This document shows, one piece after another, positions 28,793 to 37,596 of a stretch of DNA of 55,966 nucleotides. How positions within the stretch are numbered: position 1 is the first letter of the stretch; the number at the start of each line of letters is the position of its first letter. The DNA is from Candidatus Moranbacteria bacterium UBA2206. Lineage in GTDB: Bacteria; Patescibacteriota; Minisyncoccia; Moranbacterales; UBA2206. The stretch covers positions 1 through 55,966 of the forward strand of contig DCUU01000019.1 in the NCBI GenBank assembly GCA_002328565.1, in the 5' to 3' direction. Under the pieces are notes generated by a model. It was not told where the DNA came from and made no database searches. It was given only the letters and a program-made list of their open reading frames with translations. The position numbers and the translations under genes are program-made.

Positions 28793-29752
28793 TTAGCGCA
28801 ACAGTGTCAGAAGCTTATTTTTAAGTGCTTCAATTTCTTCAAAATTATGAATAGAAACCGGGATAACTTCATATTTGGTTTTTGTTTGGAATTTTTTTAT
28901 CTGTTTAGCTAGATCTTTAGGGCTGATTAAATCGCTTTTGGTAAACAGAATTAGCTCTTTTTTTTCTAGCAATTCAGGATTGTATTTCCCTAATTCTTTG
29001 CGAATTACTTTGTAATCGCGAAGGATATCATCTGATTCAAGTGACAAGCAATGAACCAATATTTTTGTCCTTTGGATGTGGCGCAAAAATTTTATCCCTA
29101 AGCCTTTGCCGGTCGAAGCGCCTTCGATGAGACCTGGGATATCGGCGATGATAAAATCATCAAATACGCCCAAATTTGGTTCAAGGGTAGTGAAATGATA
29201 GGCGGCCACTTTGGCGTGCGTGGAGGTGATTTCATTGAGCAGGGATGATTTTCCGGCGCTAGGCAGGCCAATTAGTCCAATGTCAGCGATAAGACGAAGC
29301 TCTAGAGAAAATTCAGCTTTTTCTCCTGGTTTTCCTTCTTTGAATTCTTCGGGAGATGTATTGGTTGAAGAACGAAAAAAGAAATTTCCTTGTCCGCCAG
29401 TTCCACCCCTAACTGCAAGAATTTTTTCTCCAACTTTTGTAATTTCAATACTTTCATTAGTGTCGATTTTTTTGATGACAGTTCCAATTGGCACAGTCAA
29501 AAATAGATCTTTCCCATTTGGTCCGTCAGATCGATTAGATCTTCCTCTGGCTCCATCTTGGGCATAATGATCTTTGAGATGGCGATATTTATTCAGAGCA
29601 AAAATATCAGATACGCCTTCAAAATAGACCGATCCACCATTACCACCTTTTCCGCCAGTCGGACCCAAAGACATCAGGACTTTGTCAAAAGCCACGACCC
29701 CGTCGCCTCCTTTACCAGCTTCGACTTTGATTTTAGCTTCGTCAGTGAGCAT
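28793..29752 (-). CDS. obgE: GTPase ObgE/CgtA
   Basis: Gly-rich Obg domain, GLPSAGKSS, YHFTTLEP, DIPGLIEGA, TKSD. Confidence 0.96.
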   Translation of the reverse strand: MLTDEAKIKVEAGKGGDGVVAFDKVLMSLGPTGGKGGNGGSVYFEGVSDIFALNKYRHLKDHYAQDGARGRSNRSDGPNGKDLFLTVPIGTVIKKIDTNESIEITKVGEKILAVRGGTGGQGNFFFRSSTNTSPEEFKEGKPGEKAEFSLELRLIADIGLIGLPSAGKSSLLNEITSTHAKVAAYHFTTLEPNLGVFDDFIIADIPGLIEGASTGKGLGIKFLRHIQRTKILVHCLSLESDDILRDYKVIRKELGKYNPELLEKKELILFTKSDLISPKDLAKQIKKFQTKTKYEVIPVSIHNFEEIEALKNKLLTLLR

Positions 29753-29870
29753 ATTTACGAAAATACGAATTAAGCGAAAATACGAATAACAATCTCAATA
29801 TTCGTCTACATAATATACACTATATACTTTAATTAGTAAAGGAAAAATATTGCTTTCTACTTATCACTTC

Positions 29871-30128
29871 CTACTTCCTACTTTCTACCTGCCTCTTCGG
29901 TACTGGGTCATACCCGCCATCGTTCCAAGGGTGACAACGGATAATTCTTTTAATGCCAAGAAATCCACCCTTAGCCACTCCAAAGCGGTCAATCGCTTCA
30001 TAGGTATATTGACTGCAGGAAGGATGGAAACGACAATAGCGCTCGGAGGTGACGCGAGATAGCCAGCTATGATCAAGGGAAAGTGTCTTTTGATAAAGCC
30101 GGATTAAAAATAGAATTATCTTTTTCAT
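29871..30128 (-). CDS. yidD: Membrane protein insertion efficiency factor
   Basis: [25 protein letters not shown]. Confidence 0.95.
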   Translation of the reverse strand: MKKIILFLIRLYQKTLSLDHSWLSRVTSERYCRFHPSCSQYTYEAIDRFGVAKGGFLGIKRIIRCHPWNDGGYDPVPKRQVESRK

Positions 30129-30205
30129 ATTTAATTTATTTAGCTCTTTGTCAATCTAATTTTTTACTGTTATAATAATAGCATAAAAAATATTATATTC
30201 TAATC

Positions 30206-30274
30206 TGTCATGCTGAACTCGTTTCAGCATCTCTAAAATAAAAAATAAGATCCTGAAATAAATTCAGGATGACA
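30206..30274. repeat. Paired REP-like palindromes
   Basis: tgtcatgctgaactcgtttcagcatct ... agatcctgaaataaattcaggatgaca. Confidence 0.85.
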
Positions 30275-30287
30275 AATTTAAAAATTT

Positions 30288-31196
30288 ATGGAAACAGTAA
30301 AGTGTAATGATTTAGTTTGGCATTATTTCAAAGAACCCAATGCGGACGATGTGCTGAAAATTCAAAAAAAATATAACCTGCACCCACTGATCATTGAAGA
30401 ATTTTCTACGCCAACCTTGCGTCCAAAAGCCACGCAATATGATGATTGTCTTTTTTTGTCTATTCATATTCCCCTATTTGATACAGAAAACAAAACCACT
30501 TATCCAGCTGAAATTGATATAGTTATTCGTAAAAATGTCCTAATCACTTCTCACGATAAAGATATTTTTCAGTTGACCGATTTTTTCAATGAATTGAAAG
30601 ATGATAAGGTTAAGAGAGAAATTTATATGAACCAATCCCCTGGTGCACTTTTGCGATACATAATTGAAATGCTTCTAGAAACTTGCTTTCCAAAACTAGA
30701 CCATATTTCTCAAAAACTTGATCGCATTGAAAATGAAATTTTTGCAGGAAATGAAAAAGGAATGGTTTTTGAGATTTCTTTGGTGAAAAGAGATGTTTTG
30801 AATTTTCGTCGCACAATGAAACCGCAACGTAGTGTTCTCGAATCCTTAATTCAAAAAGAATTCTATTTAATTGAAGAAGGCCTAAGGCCATATTATCAAG
30901 ATTTGATTGGAACAAATATTCGCATTTGGAATAATTTAGAAAGTGCCAAAGAAACTATTGAGTCCCTAGAAGAAACCAATAACTCTCTTCTTTCAAATAA
31001 ATTAAATCTAACGATGAAAGTGCTCACAATTTTTTCTGCTATTATGCTTCCAATGACTGTTTATTCTAATATTCTGGCAATGAGTGCCGACATTCCTTTT
31101 GGGAAAAATCCTTTTGGTTTTTGGATTCATATCGTAATTATGCTGATGCTTTCACTGTTCACTATGTCAATTTTCAAGATGAGGAAATGGCTATAA
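30288..31196 (+). CDS. corA: CorA family Mg2+/divalent cation transporter
   Basis: LHPLIIEE, RPK, MKVLTIFS..MLPMT; GMN motif is degenerate (AMS). Confidence 0.85.
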   Translation: METVKCNDLVWHYFKEPNADDVLKIQKKYNLHPLIIEEFSTPTLRPKATQYDDCLFLSIHIPLFDTENKTTYPAEIDIVIRKNVLITSHDKDIFQLTDFFNELKDDKVKREIYMNQSPGALLRYIIEMLLETCFPKLDHISQKLDRIENEIFAGNEKGMVFEISLVKRDVLNFRRTMKPQRSVLESLIQKEFYLIEEGLRPYYQDLIGTNIRIWNNLESAKETIESLEETNNSLLSNKLNLTMKVLTIFSAIMLPMTVYSNILAMSADIPFGKNPFGFWIHIVIMLMLSLFTMSIFKMRKWL

Positions 31197-31271
31197 ATTA
31201 CGAAAGTACTAATCTAGCGAAAATACTAATTCGTACTTTCGTTTAATTCGTAAATTCGTAAATTTAAAAAA

Positions 31272-32735
31272 ATGCTTAAACTTTACAACACCCTTACTAA
31301 ATCCAAAGAAGAATTCAAATCAATCAATCCTGGTAAGGTTGGGATGTATTCTTGTGGACCGACGGTTTATGACTATATTCACATTGGCAATATCAGGGCC
31401 TATCTCAATGCGGATATCCTAAGGAGGTATTTAGTTTATTCAGGTTATGAAGTGCGGCATATAAAAAATATCACAGACGTCGGACATTTAACCGAAGATG
31501 ACATTGCTCAGGGCGACTCTGGCGATGACAAAATTACTAAAAAAGCACTTAGCGAGAAAAAAACGCCGGAAGAGATCGCACGTTTCTATGAAGAAAAATT
31601 CAAAGAAGTAGAAAAAGAAATGAATATTTTGCCAGCGCACTATTTCCCTCGAGCCACTGCTCATGTTCCACAGATGATAAAAATAATTTTAAATCTGATT
31701 GAGAAAAATTATGCTTACGAAAAAAATGGCAACGTGTTTTTTGATGTGACGAAATTTGACGAGTATGGAAAACTTTCTGGCAATACTTTGTCTAATTTGA
31801 AAGTCGGAGCACGCCTTGAAGAACATCCGGACAAAAAAAATCCTTGGGATTTTGCGCTGTGGCTCAAAGCTTCCAAGGAACATTTGATGAAATGGGAAAG
31901 TCCTTGGGGCACTGGATATCCTGGATGGCACATTGAGTGTTCGGCGATGAGCACGGAATATTTAGGAGACACGCTCGACATTCATACTGGCGGAGAGGAT
32001 AATATTTTTCCTCATCATGAGGCGGAAATTGCGCAAAGTGAATGTTCTAGTGAAAAAAAGTTTGTTAATTTTTGGGTGCATAATCGTCATCTTTTAGTAG
32101 ATGGAAAAAAAATGTCTAAATCAAAAGGTAATTTCTATCTATTGAAAGATATTTTAGAAAAAGGCTACACTGCCAATGAAATGCGCCTTCTTCTTCTTTC
32201 CTCGCACTATCGCAGTCAAATGAATTTTACCTGGGAGGCCATGGAACAGGCCAAAAATAATTTGCAAAAGATTGCAGATTGGGTGGGTAATTTGAAAAGT
32301 GTTTCCAATGGAGGTTCGACCTCCATAATGGAGGTCGAACCTCCTCGGGAGTCGGAAAAAATAGATTTTTCTCATATCTATCAAAAAAGATTTGAAAGCG
32401 CGATGAATGATGATATCAATACCCCACTAGCCTTGGCGGTCCTATATGATTTGATTGGTGAAACTAACAAAATGATTTCTGAGGACAAATTGAATAAGGA
32501 AACAGCGGATAATATTTTGAAATTTTGGGAAAGAATAAATAAGGTTTTTGGGTTGATAATTACAGAAAACAAAATTGAAATTCCGGCGGATATTTTGATG
32601 CTCGCCGAAGAGCGAAAACAAGCTCGTATCAGTGGAAATTTTGCAGCTTCAGATGAACTGAGAAAAAAAATTGAATTGGTGGGTTATGTGATCGAAGATT
32701 TAAAAGATGATAATTATTTACTTAAGATAAAATAA
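31272..32735 (+). CDS. cysS: Cysteine--tRNA ligase
   Basis: CGPTVY..HIGN, PGWHIECSAM, FPHHE, KMSKS. Confidence 0.98.
   Translation: MLKLYNTLTKSKEEFKSINPGKVGMYSCGPTVYDYIHIGNIRAYLNADILRRYLVYSGYEVRHIKNITDVGHLTEDDIAQGDSGDDKITKKALSEKKTPEEIARFYEEKFKEVEKEMNILPAHYFPRATAHVPQMIKIILNLIEKNYAYEKNGNVFFDVTKFDEYGKLSGNTLSNLKVGARLEEHPDKKNPWDFALWLKASKEHLMKWESPWGTGYPGWHIECSAMSTEYLGDTLDIHTGGEDNIFPHHEAEIAQSECSSEKKFVNFWVHNRHLLVDGKKMSKSKGNFYLLKDILEKGYTANEMRLLLLSSHYRSQMNFTWEAMEQAKNNLQKIADWVGNLKSVSNGGSTSIMEVEPPRESEKIDFSHIYQKRFESAMNDDINTPLALAVLYDLIGETNKMISEDKLNKETADNILKFWERINKVFGLIITENKIEIPADILMLAEERKQARISGNFAASDELRKKIELVGYVIEDLKDDNYLLKIK
32310..32344. repeat. Inverted pair of 15-bp palindromic units inside cysS
   Basis: ggaggttcgacctcc-ataat-ggaggtcgaacctcc encoding GGSTSIMEVEPP. 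Confidence 0.8.
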
Positions 32736-32736
32736 T

Positions 32737-32913
32737 ATGACTGATGAATGTATAAAAAAATGTAAGGTGACGGATGTGGAAAAAAATGCTTGTGTTTGTG
32801 ATGTTCATAAAAAATCCGCAGAGGACAAGGTAGACGATCTCAAAGAAGCGCTTGCAGCTTTGGGATACAAAGTGGAAGATACTCCAAATGGTGATATAAA
32901 AATCAGTGCATAA
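32737..32913 (+). CDS. 58-aa Cys-rich small protein resembling the CysRS C-terminal segment
   Basis: MTDECIKKCKVTDVEKNACVCDVHKKSAEDKVDDLKEALAALGYKVEDTPNGDIKISA; starts 1 nt after the cysS stop and overlaps the dus start by 8 nt. Confidence 0.7.
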   Translation: MTDECIKKCKVTDVEKNACVCDVHKKSAEDKVDDLKEALAALGYKVEDTPNGDIKISA

Positions 32914-33991
32914 AAATTTTTGGTTAAAATTGAAAAAACCAATTCTAGCTTTAGCCCCGATGGCAGGCATAACGGATAGCGCGTTTCGTCAAATTTGCCG
33001 GCGATATGGAGCGGATGTGGTGTATTCGGAAATGGCGAGTGTGAGCGCGCTTTATTTTCACCCTGTTAAGTATTTTTCGTTTACGAAAAATAATTTTGTA
33101 AATCAAAATTTACTTAACAGGGTAAAACCGCAAAAAACTTTGGAGTTGGTAAAGTTTAATAAAACTGAACGACCTTACGTCGTGCAACTTTTTGGCAAAG
33201 ATCCAGTGCATTTTGCCAAAGCGACCAGAATTATTTCGCAAATAGTAAAACCAGACGGAATTGACATTAATTTTGGTTGTCCGGCAAAAAAAGTTTTTGG
33301 TCATGGCTCGGGTTGCGCGCTTATGATGCAAAAAGAGCTGGCGCGTGAAATTATTTCGGCTGTTTGCGAAAATACCAAATTGCCAGTTTCGATAAAAATT
33401 CGCGCTGGTGTCAAGGATGCAACCGCCTTGGAATTTGTCAAATATACAGCTGATCTCCCCTACTCGGCCATTATGATTCACGGTCGAACGTATGAGGGTG
33501 GGTTTTCCGGTCCGCTAGATTTCAAGCTTGTTGAAAAAATAAAAAAAATGTTTCCTGAAAAAATTATTTTGGCTAACGGTGGAATAAATTCAGCTGAAGA
33601 TGGTGTGAAAATTTTGCAAGACCATCCTCTTTTGGATGGTCTTGGAATTGCTCGTGGCGCTTGGGGCAAGCCGTGGATATTTGAGGAAATAAAGGAACTT
33701 ATCAAATTCGAAAAAATTCACCCTGTTAAGTATTTTTCGATTACGAAAAATAATTTTGCTTCGCCTGCCTTTAGGCAAGGTGAGAAAAATTTACTTAACA
33801 GGGTAAAAAAAATAATGCTTCTTCATGCAAAATTAATCCACAAGGACAAGGGCAAACAAGGACTTTTTGAAATTCGAAAGCATATGAGTTGGTATGTCAA
33901 AGGTTTCCCTGGAGCCTCAGAACTGCGTAGAAAATTAGTTATGGCGGAGAGTTTGGAGGAAATTGAAGAGATACTAAATCAGAACCACTGA
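32906..33991 (+). CDS. tRNA-dihydrouridine synthase (DusB-like) with two in-frame repeat insertions
   Basis: LAPMAGITD, SEM, VQLFG, DINFGCP, IHGRT, ANGGI, RKHMSWY. Confidence 0.93.
   Translation: MHKNFWLKLKKPILALAPMAGITDSAFRQICRRYGADVVYSEMASVSALYFHPVKYFSFTKNNFVNQNLLNRVKPQKTLELVKFNKTERPYVVQLFGKDPVHFAKATRIISQIVKPDGIDINFGCPAKKVFGHGSGCALMMQKELAREIISAVCENTKLPVSIKIRAGVKDATALEFVKYTADLPYSAIMIHGRTYEGGFSGPLDFKLVEKIKKMFPEKIILANGGINSAEDGVKILQDHPLLDGLGIARGAWGKPWIFEEIKELIKFEKIHPVKYFSITKNNFASPAFRQGEKNLLNRVKKIMLLHAKLIHKDKGKQGLFEIRKHMSWYVKGFPGASELRRKLVMAESLEEIEEILNQNH
33057..33126 (+). mobile_element. TTCACCC...GGGTAAA element, in frame in dus (copy 1)
   Basis: ttcaccctgttaagta...tacttaacagggtaaa; encodes HPVKYFSFTKNNFVNQNLLNRV. 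Confidence 0.8.
33717..33807 (+). mobile_element. TTCACCC...GGGTAAA element, in frame in dus (copy 2, with nested palindrome)
   Basis: Same termini; encodes HPVKYFSITKNNFASPAFRQGEKNLLNRV. Confidence 0.8.
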
Positions 33992-34247
33992 TTAGCACGT
34001 GATTATACTGATTACACTGAATATTTTCATACTACAGTATACTGTAATACTGTAGTAATGATTTTAGCACTTACATTGTTACGTAACATGTTAAGTAACA
34101 AAATTTATTTACAAATAAAAAACACTACCATTCGCCTATATATGGTAGTGTAATAATATTCTTTGTTAAATAAAAACAGGAGTGGCATTGTAAATACAAA
34201 TGCGCGCTCCTGGATGGCTAAATTTTTCGTGCAATATTTCCTTAGAG

Positions 34248-34451
34248 CTAACAACCTTGCTCAGTTTCTATTGCTCGATACAATGCCCTTACTGCCTCAA
34301 AAATTAGTGGATTTTTATTTCTGCTAATAGCGCATATGCCAAATCCATGTATTTTTGATTTTATGACAAGGCATACGGTTAACTCACTGGTAATATCAAC
34401 TGATAATACTCCGTCGTCGTCGTCGTCAAATACGATGTTCTTCTCAGTCAT
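34248..34451 (-). CDS. Small hypothetical protein
   Basis: 67-aa ORF, AGGAGA SD, hairpin + T run downstream (about 34172-34212). Confidence 0.5.
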   Translation of the reverse strand: MTEKNIVFDDDDDGVLSVDITSELTVCLVIKSKIHGFGICAISRNKNPLIFEAVRALYRAIETEQGC

Positions 34452-34610
34452 GGCAGTGTCTCCTATTTAAATGTTAAGGAAAATTATTGGTTTTTGTATT
34501 GTTAATAAGTCTTGCATAAACTGGGTAAAAGCGCAAGTTGACCCGCTTGGGTAATTGCGTTAAAATTAGTTAGATATAGTTTAATTATTTAGTGTATAAA
34601 ATTAAATTTT

Positions 34611-34642
34611 TACACTAGATTCCTGCTTTCGCAGGAATGACA
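34611..34642. repeat. REP-like unit (GATTCC...GGAATGACA type)
   Basis: tacactagattcctgctttcgcaggaatgaca; inverse relative at 49311-49342. Confidence 0.8.
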
Positions 34643-34650
34643 CTTATTTT

Positions 34651-36018
34651 ATGGCAAAGAATACTTCAAATAACAATGACCTAAAAATTCCACCGCAAAA
34701 CATCGAGGCTGAAAGATCGGTTTTGGGGGCTTTGATGTTGGACAAAGACGCGGTTATCAAGATTGCCAATCTGGTGCGGTTGGGTGATTTTTATCGGGAT
34801 GACCACAATATCATCTATGAAGCGATGATGGAACTCTATGAACAGCGTGAACCGATTGATGTTTTGAGTTTGTCTAATCGTTTGGAAGAAAAAAAACTTT
34901 TGGATAAGATTGGTGGTTCTAGTTATTTGACGGAGCTGGTGAATTCCGTGCCATCCAGTTCTAATATTGCTCATTATGCTAAGGTAGTGCAGAAAAAATC
35001 CACTTTGCGAAAACTAATTATCACAGCTAGTGAAATTGTGGAGCTGGGATATCGTGAAGAAGAAGATGTGGAAAAAATTCTTGACAGCGCTGAACAAAAA
35101 CTTTTTAGCGTTTCACAAAAATATATCAAGCAGGATTTCGTGCCAATCAAATCAATTCTGGAATCAGCTTTCAACCGAATTGATGAACTTCACAAAGGTG
35201 ATCATAAACTGCGCGGTATTCCAACGGGATATCCTGACATGGACAACATTTTAGCTGGTTTTCAAAAATCTGACCTTGTGATTTTAGCCGCGAGACCTTC
35301 GATTGGAAAAACAACTCTTGCACTTGACCTTGCTCGTCAAATTGCTGTTAAGGAAAAAGTCCCCGTAGGAATTTTTTCATTGGAAATGGGCGCCGACCAA
35401 TTGATTGATAGAATGCTTTCGGCTCAATCAGGCGTGGATTTGTGGCGACTACGAACAGGAAGGCTCAAGACCGGCGAAGGTGATGATGATTTTCAACGTA
35501 TTGGTGAAGCAATGGGAACACTCTCTGAAGCTCCAATTTACATTGATGACGCCGGAAGTGCCAATGTGATGGAGATGCGTACCATGGCAAGACGATTGCA
35601 ATCAGAACATAATGTGGGTCTAATTATCATTGACTACTTGCAGCTTATGGAGGGTCGAAACGGTGGCGGTGACAATCGTGTGAATGAAATTTCAGAAATT
35701 TCCCGCGCCCTAAAACAACTAGCGCGTGAACTCAACATTCCAGTCATCGCGCTTTCTCAGCTTTCTCGTGCAGTGGAGTCTCGCAGTCCGCAAATTCCAA
35801 AACTTTCCGACCTTCGTGAATCAGGATCGATCGAGCAGGACGCTGATGTTGTTATGTTTCTCTATCGTGAAGATCGCGAAAAACCTGATACGCCAAATAA
35901 AAATATCGTTGAAGTGCATGTGGCAAAACACAGAAACGGTCCAGTGGGTAGATTTTCATTGTATTTCCAAGAAAATTCCACCACGTTTAAATCATTAGAA
36001 AGAGTACACACAGAATAG
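34651..36018 (+). CDS. dnaB: Replicative DNA helicase
   Basis: PPQNIEAE, AARPSIGKT, IIDYLQLM, SQLSR, DLRESGSIEQDAD, KHRNGP. Confidence 0.99.
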   Translation: MAKNTSNNNDLKIPPQNIEAERSVLGALMLDKDAVIKIANLVRLGDFYRDDHNIIYEAMMELYEQREPIDVLSLSNRLEEKKLLDKIGGSSYLTELVNSVPSSSNIAHYAKVVQKKSTLRKLIITASEIVELGYREEEDVEKILDSAEQKLFSVSQKYIKQDFVPIKSILESAFNRIDELHKGDHKLRGIPTGYPDMDNILAGFQKSDLVILAARPSIGKTTLALDLARQIAVKEKVPVGIFSLEMGADQLIDRMLSAQSGVDLWRLRTGRLKTGEGDDDFQRIGEAMGTLSEAPIYIDDAGSANVMEMRTMARRLQSEHNVGLIIIDYLQLMEGRNGGGDNRVNEISEISRALKQLARELNIPVIALSQLSRAVESRSPQIPKLSDLRESGSIEQDADVVMFLYREDREKPDTPNKNIVEVHVAKHRNGPVGRFSLYFQENSTTFKSLERVHTE

Positions 36019-36134
36019 AATTTTAGAATTTTTAATTTTATAATTTTTAAATAATTTCTAATGCTAAAAATTCTAAACATTAAAAATTAAAATTTATTTA
36101 TAAAATTAAAAATTCTAAAAATTAAAAATTAATC

Positions 36135-36722
36135 TTGTATCCAAAATCTTTCAAAAAACTAATTGATTATTTTTCCTCTCTCCCCTCTGTCGGGCCAAAG
36201 ATGGCTGAACGGCTGGTTTTATATCTTTTCAAACAAGACAAGGAAATGTTGGTTGAATTTGGCAATGCTCTTTCAAATTTGAAAATTAATTTGCGTCATT
36301 GTGAAAAATGTTTCAATATTAGTGAAGAAAACTTGTGTGATATATGTAAGGATAATTCCCGAAATATTAACAAAATATGCGTAGTTGAAGAACCGCTTGA
36401 TATAATTGCCATTGAACGAACAAAAAAATATGACGGACTCTATCATGTCTTAGGCGGAACATTGGGTATTGCAAAAAATGATGATCCTAGTCAACTAAAA
36501 TTAAATGAATTGCAAAAAAGAGTATCAAATGAAAAAATTGGAGAGATAATTTTGGCCATGAATCCAACTACCGAAGGCGATGCCACAGCGCTCTATATTG
36601 CCAGAATGTTAAAAGAAACTTCTGCCAACGTCACCAAGCTTGCCCGCGGACTTTCCACGGGCTCTGATATTGAATATGCAGATGAGCTAACACTAGGAAG
36701 TGCGATAATAAATAGAAAATAA
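36135..36722 (+). CDS. recR: Recombination mediator RecR
   Basis: LPSVGPKMAER, CxxC-CxxC zinc finger, ICVVE, YHVLGG, PTTEGDAT; TTG start. Confidence 0.96.
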   Translation: MYPKSFKKLIDYFSSLPSVGPKMAERLVLYLFKQDKEMLVEFGNALSNLKINLRHCEKCFNISEENLCDICKDNSRNINKICVVEEPLDIIAIERTKKYDGLYHVLGGTLGIAKNDDPSQLKLNELQKRVSNEKIGEIILAMNPTTEGDATALYIARMLKETSANVTKLARGLSTGSDIEYADELTLGSAIINRK

Positions 36723-36753
36723 AAAAAGTCTTGATTTGAATCAAGACTTTTTT
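36721..36753. terminator. Bidirectional intrinsic terminator (recR / rplU)
   Basis: aaaaaaagtcttgatt-tg-aatcaagactttttt. Confidence 0.8.
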
Positions 36754-36775
36754 AAAATAGTAAAAGATAATTTTT

Positions 36776-37084
36776 TTATCCAATCTTAGTGATTTCCACT
36801 TCCGTCATTGTTTGTCTGTGTCCGAATTTCACCTTGTATCTTTTCTTTGGTTTGAATTTAATTCCTGTCACTTTTTTTCCTTTAGCAGTTTTCAAAACTG
36901 TGCCTTCAACTGTGGCATCAGTGAGAAAGGGGGTTCCAATTTTGACATCTTTTTCATCGCCCAAAAAAAGGACTTCAGAAAAAACAATCTTGCTCCCCTC
37001 TTCGCCTTCCAATTTTTCTACCTTGATTTTGTCTCCCTCGTTCACTTTATACTGTTTTCCTCCAGTTTTTATAATTGCCAACAT
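36776..37084 (-). CDS. rplU: 50S ribosomal protein L21
   Basis: AIIKTGGKQYKV, IGTP, GHRQ. Confidence 0.97.
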   Translation of the reverse strand: MLAIIKTGGKQYKVNEGDKIKVEKLEGEEGSKIVFSEVLFLGDEKDVKIGTPFLTDATVEGTVLKTAKGKKVTGIKFKPKKRYKVKFGHRQTMTEVEITKIG

Positions 37085-37254
37085 AGCTGTTTTTTTATGA
37101 GTTGTTTATAAGTAAAATACTACCTAAATAATATAGCGCATCAGTGGCGATTTGTCAATGATTTTGAAATTTTCGCTTGGTTTTTGTGTATTACTTTACA
37201 TGCAATATTTTGTTATTTTGCGATAAAATTAAACTAGAGGGGTGGTGAAAAATT

Positions 37255-37500
37255 ATGAAAACTTTAAATGTATTCGATTGGATAGTTGCCGCATTGCTCA
37301 TAATCGGCGGATTAAATTGGGGAATCTTAGGTTTATTTGGAGTTAATGTTATTGGCGCGATTTTCGGTGAAATGACATTGCTTACCAGAATAATTTATTC
37401 CCTCGTAGGTCTTTCCGCTATTTATGGCATTTTTATCCCAACGAAAATGATGAGTGGAGAATATTCGAGTGGCCATCCAATGAAAGGATCTTCAATGTAA
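37255..37500 (+). CDS. DUF378 family membrane protein
   Basis: LLIIGGLNWGILGLF, RIIYSLVGLSAIY. Confidence 0.9.
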   Translation: MKTLNVFDWIVAALLIIGGLNWGILGLFGVNVIGAIFGEMTLLTRIIYSLVGLSAIYGIFIPTKMMSGEYSSGHPMKGSSM

Positions 37501-37506
37501 GTATAT

Positions 37507-37535
37507 AAAACAGCCTATTCCCCAAAGGCTGTTTT
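37507..37535 (+). terminator. Intrinsic terminator
   Basis: aaaacagcct...aggctgtttt. Confidence 0.7.
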
Positions 37536-37596
37536 ATTGTTTTTAGGCTAAATAAACTGCTGGACAAAATACGATTTCTATAGTAACATGTGAAAT

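Noticed and set aside
34651-36018. Intein in DnaB
   Set aside because: Normal length (455 aa) with contiguous motifs.
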